From the NCBI GenBank assembly GCA_963977345.1, contig CAXBPM010000001.1:1-44021 (forward strand): a stretch of 44,021 nucleotides of DNA. The letters are read 5' to 3'. The notes under the pieces were generated by a model. That model had not been told where the DNA came from. It saw only the letters and a list, made by a program, of their open reading frames with translations, and ran no database searches. Below are positions 43,975 to 44,021 of the stretch, piece after piece. A program made the translations under genes and the position numbers. Position 1 is the first letter of the stretch, and each line of letters opens with the position of its first letter. The stretch is from an uncultured Roseivirga sp. (GTDB lineage: Bacteria > Bacteroidota > Bacteroidia > Cytophagales > Cyclobacteriaceae).

Positions 43975-44021
43975 TTAGCGCTGCTTACATTTATCGCAAA
44001 TACCAGTAATCAAAAAATTAC
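43975..44021 (-). CDS. 3' end of a probable Fur-family regulator (truncated by the window edge)
   Basis: Minus strand from 44019 reads NFLITGICDKCKQR*, a terminal GxCxxC typical of Fur/Zur/PerR C-termini. Only 14 codons are visible. Confidence 0.55.
   Translation of the reverse strand, partial: NFLITGICDKCKQR

Overview
AT-rich, gene-dense, mostly housekeeping and envelope region from a Bacteroidota genome. TAnnTTTG promoters and the protein families point to marine Cytophagales, but the taxon is an inference. Contents in order: a 5'-truncated giant beta-rich protein, M20 dipeptidase, DsbD, CopA-type Cu ATPase, M23 peptidase, patatin-barrel protein, PD40/OmpA protein, transglutaminase-like protein, PepSY-TM protein, AsmA protein, VOC protein, purE/purK, a membrane MutS-like ATPase, an ECF sigma/FecR/STN-protein trio, feoB/feoA, an HTTM (vitamin K-dependent carboxylase-like) protein, rsmI, phhB, a lipoprotein methyltransferase, DUF493, the envelope operon (barrel-TPR-lptC-CNNM-PpiD), an ion-transporter-superfamily antiporter, and the 3' tip of a probable Fur-family gene. 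I saw no rRNA, tRNA, CRISPR, IS, prophage or recognisable defence system. Best leads: (1) a sigma/anti-sigma module whose third gene has the STN signalling domain but no TonB-dependent barrel; (2) an unannotated 54-aa Lys/Glu-rich peptide ending GCGG, head-to-head with the HTTM carboxylase homologue upstream of feoAB; (3) a decayed coaX-like remnant whose surviving codons coincide with the envelope-operon promoter; (4) DsbD with two N-terminal redox domains; (5) phased operator-like repeats at 17.1-17.2 kb. All family assignments come from reading motifs by eye; no searches were run.
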